NCBI RefSeq assembly: GCF_964355755.1
Contig: NC_092676.1
Location: forward strand, 19,238,871-19,302,870
Direction of reading: 5' to 3'
Length of the DNA: 64,000 bases
Origin: Antedon mediterranea
Lineage: Eukaryota > Animalia > Echinodermata
Numbering within the stretch: the stretch's first letter is position 1; every line of letters begins with the position of its first letter. Made by a program: the position numbers and the translations under genes. Below the pieces are notes generated by a model, which did not search any database, was not told the DNA's origin, and worked only from the letters and a program-made list of their open reading frames with translations. Positions 60,368-64,000 of the stretch are shown in pieces.

Positions 60368-63300
60368 AACTAGATTTGAACTCGTCACTACGGACGAGTT
60401 AGGTTATCCGCAGCAAAAAAGCCACGTGCACGTCGTACGTTAGAATATTGCGCGCAGAAAAACGATTATGCCATTGAAAAAATGTTAGTGCGCTCTCTAT
60501 TTTGTGTCACGTCAAAGAGTGTATATGGTATGCACTATATACTGTATACGTAATACATACAGTGCAGAATAGGTGAAAATAAGTGACCAAAGTTATTGAC
60601 GTTTTTGGACATGATGACGTCATCACAATTACTAAAATGGTGAATCATGCGAAAGATAATTGGTTGACCTAGACAATATAAAGAAATGGAGGGCAATGGA
60701 ATACGGATAAGTGGAGATGCGCTCTATTAAATGTGACGAGCTATGACGAAAGAGACAAAAATCCTATATTTCATATTCGAGTGTCCAAATGATGACGTCA
60801 CAATGTCCGGTTAGCCATATCGATGCATGATTCGATATCTACAACACATTAACTTCCAGAATGTATAATTTAAAAAAAGTTCTCCTCGTAGTTTACAATC
60901 TATGACTGTTTTAAAAAAGGCATAATTTTGACGAATTTTTGAACTTTTTCTTCAAAAACGCGTGCAAATTGTTCAATTCTACGTGCTCGTATGACGTGAT
61001 TTTAAGTCGAAATTGATTGAAAATTGGTAAATTTACTAGAAAAGGCTGAAAAAACAAAAATCAAGTAAAAAAAAGATGTTTTTGCGCTACGTGCGCACGC
61101 GCGCGTAAAAAATATGCGCACGCGTGGGAATTTTTGAAATGCTCAAAATGACCTGAAACGCGTAGAAAGTTGATTAGAAATGGATTTTTCGCAATTTGAA
61201 ATTTTAAACGCGCGTGCGCGCGTAACTTTATGTCAAACATGCCATTTTTAATCCATAGAAAGTTTGCCCTTGATATTACTTAAATGTTCACCAAGTGTCA
61301 TTACAAAATTACTTTTGCTTTTTAGTGTATGTTAAATACGCGAAATTCATAAAATCGCGCGTAGCTTACGCTGCGCGACTCTAAAGTAAAAAAACGAGCT
61401 GTCCTGCACTTCTACAGATAGAGGTAAATCTTCTGACAAAGTTATACGATGTAATGTTGATCAGAATTTGAGATACACGTGACACAAAATTTTGGGAAAG
61501 AAAGAAGAATAACATAGAACTAGATTTGAACTCGTCACTACGGACGAGTTAGGTTATCCGCAGCGCAAAAGCCACGTGCACGTCATACGTTAGAATAGTG
61601 CGCGCAAAAAAATAAAACGATTATGGCATTGAAAAATGTTAGTGCGCTCTCTATGTTGCGTCGCGTCTAAGTATATACGGTATAACACTATATACTGTAT
61701 ACGTACTACATACAGTGCAGAATAGGTGAAAATAAGTGACCAAAGTTATTGACGCATTTGAACATGATGACGTCATCACAATTTTTAAAATGGTGGATCA
61801 TGCGAAAGGTAATTGATTGATCTAGACAATATAAAAAAATTGAGTGAAATGGAATAAGGATAAGTAGAGATGCGCTCTATTAAATTGACGAGCTATGACG
61901 AAAGAGAAAAAAATCCTATATTTTATATTCGGGTGGCCATACGATGACGTCACAATGTCTGGTTAGCCATATCAATGCATGATTCGAGAAAAACAACTCA
62001 TCTACTTCCAGAATCTGAAATTTTAAATATTTTCACCTCGGAGTTTAGAATCTATGACTTTTTAAAAAAAGGCATAATTTTCAAAAATTTTTGAACTTTT
62101 TCATCAAAAACGCGCGCAAATTGTTCAATTCTACGTGCTCGTATGACGTGATTTTAAGTCGAAATTGATTGAAAATTGGTAAATGTACTAGAAAAGGCTG
62201 AAAAAACAAAAATCAAGCAAAAAAAAGACGTTTTTGCACTACGTGCGCACGCGCGCGTAAAAAATATGCGCACGCGTGGGAATTTTTGAAATGCTCAAAA
62301 TGACCTGAAACGCGTAGAAAGTTGATTAGAAATGAATTTTTCGCAATTTGAAATTTTAAACGCGCGTGCGCGCGTAACTTTATGTCAAACATGCCATTTT
62401 TAATCCATAGAAAGTTTTCCCTTGATATGACTTAAATGTTCACCAAGTGTCATTACAAAATGACTTTTGCTTTTTAGTCTATGTTAAATACGCGAAATTC
62501 ATAAAATCGCGCGTAGCTTACGCTGCGCGACTCTAAAGTAAAAAAACGAGCTGTCCTGCACTTCTACACATAGAGGTAAATCTTCTGACAAAGTTATACG
62601 ATGTAATGTTGATCAGAATTTGAGATACACGTGACACAAAATTTTGGGAAAGAAAGAAGAATAACATAGAAAAAAAAAAAAAAGATCCTGACAATAACAA
62701 GAGGTTATCCGCCAAGAGCGGATAACCAACTAGATTTGAACTCGTCACTACGGACGAGTTAGGTTATCCGCAGTCCTAAAGCCACGTGCACGTCATACGT
62801 TGGAATATTGCGCGCAGAAAAACGATTATGCCATTGAAAAAAATGTTAGTGAGCCCTCTATTTTGTGTCACGTCTAAGTATATACGGTATACGCTATATA
62901 CTGTATACGTACTACATACAGTTCAGAATAGGTGAAAATAAGTGACCAAAGTTATTGACGCTTTTGCAAATGATGACATCATAACAATCTTAAAAATTGT
63001 TAACCATGCGAAAGATAATTGATTGACCTAGACAATATAACAAAATGGGGGGAAATGGAATGCGGATAAGTAGAGATGCGCTCTATTAAATGTGATGAGC
63101 TATGCGAAAGAGACAAAAATCCTATATTTTATATTCAAGTGGCCATACGATGACATCACAATGTCCGGTTAGCCATATTGATGCATGATTTGATATCTGC
63201 AACTCATCTGCTACCAGAATATGTAATTATAAAAAAGTTCACCACGTAGTTTAGAATCTATGATTGTTTAAAAAAAGGCATAATTTTGACAAATTTTTGA

Positions 63301-64000
63301 ACTTTTTCATCAAAAATGCGCGTAAATTGTTTAATTCTACGTGCTCGTATGACGTGATTTTAAGTCGAAATTGTTTGAAAGTTGGTAAATTTACTAAAAA
63401 AGACAGGAAAAACAAAAATCAAGCAAAAAAATTATGTTTTTGCGCTACGTGCGCACGCGCGCGTAAAAAAATTGCGCACGCGTGGGAATTTTTCAAATGC
63501 TCAAAATGACATAAAACGCGTAGAAAGTTGATTAGAAATTGATTTTTCGCATTTTGAAATTTTAAACGCGCGTGCACGCGTAACTTTTTGTAAAACATGC
63601 CATTTTTAATCCATAGAAAGTTTGCGCTTGATATGACTTAAATTTTCACCAAGTTTCATTACAAAATGACTTTTGATTTCTAAGCTATGATCAATCATTG
63701 AAATTCATAAAATCGCGCGTAACTTACGCTGCGCGACTCTAAAGTTAAAAAACGAAACGTCCTGCACATCTACAGCTAGAGGTCAACCTTATGACAAAGT
63801 TACACAATCTTATATTGGCCAGAATTAGAGATACGCTGCGAACAAAATTCCGGGAAAGAAAGAAGAATAAGATAGAACTAGATTTGAACTCGTCACTACG
63901 GACGAGTTAGGTTATCCGCAGCGCAAAAGCCACGTGCACGTCATACATTAGAATATTGCGCGCAAAAAAACGATAAAAATGTTAGTGCGCTCTCGATTTT
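60368..64000. mobile_element. Tandem array of ~1.15-1.21-kb Helentron-type non-autonomous units (HINE/DINE-1-like)
   Basis: Units start at 60368, 61518, 62728 and 63876 with AACTAG, hairpin AACTCGTC-N6-GACGAGTT and subTIR GGTTATCCGC. Unit 2 ends in palindrome GGTTATCCGC-CAAGA-GCGGATAACC. Array runs off the window. Confidence 0.8.

Overview
AT-rich animal genomic DNA, probably from a marine invertebrate; nothing here is prokaryotic. One minus-strand gene occupies almost the whole window: an SBF/MTMR13-MTMR5-type myotubularin pseudophosphatase (DENN - SBF2 - GRAM - inactive phosphatase - C1 - PH). I traced 37 phase-compatible GT-AG exons from the ATG at 60053 down to 426 (5877 nt, 1959 codons). 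The last exon lies beyond the left edge. There are also three candidate frame-preserving alternative exons, including a 21-nt microexon. Intron 11 carries a ~5.8-kb plus-strand tyrosine-recombinase retrotransposon (DIRS order, Ngaro-like proteins) with an unusual layout: SGNH hydrolase, then gag, RT/RNase H and YR. It has short imperfect inverted ends instead of visible split direct repeats, splice signals, and two arrays of structurally conserved hairpins. Intron 30 holds a Penelope-like, hammerhead-bearing insertion whose two central arms carry about 37 T>C changes versus 1 other change, which looks like A-to-I hyperediting fixed in DNA. The other introns are full of MITEs, SINEs and fold-back elements. 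A tandem array of ~1.15-kb Helentron-type units begins about 315 bp upstream of the ATG. All coordinates and counts were read by eye, with no database searches.
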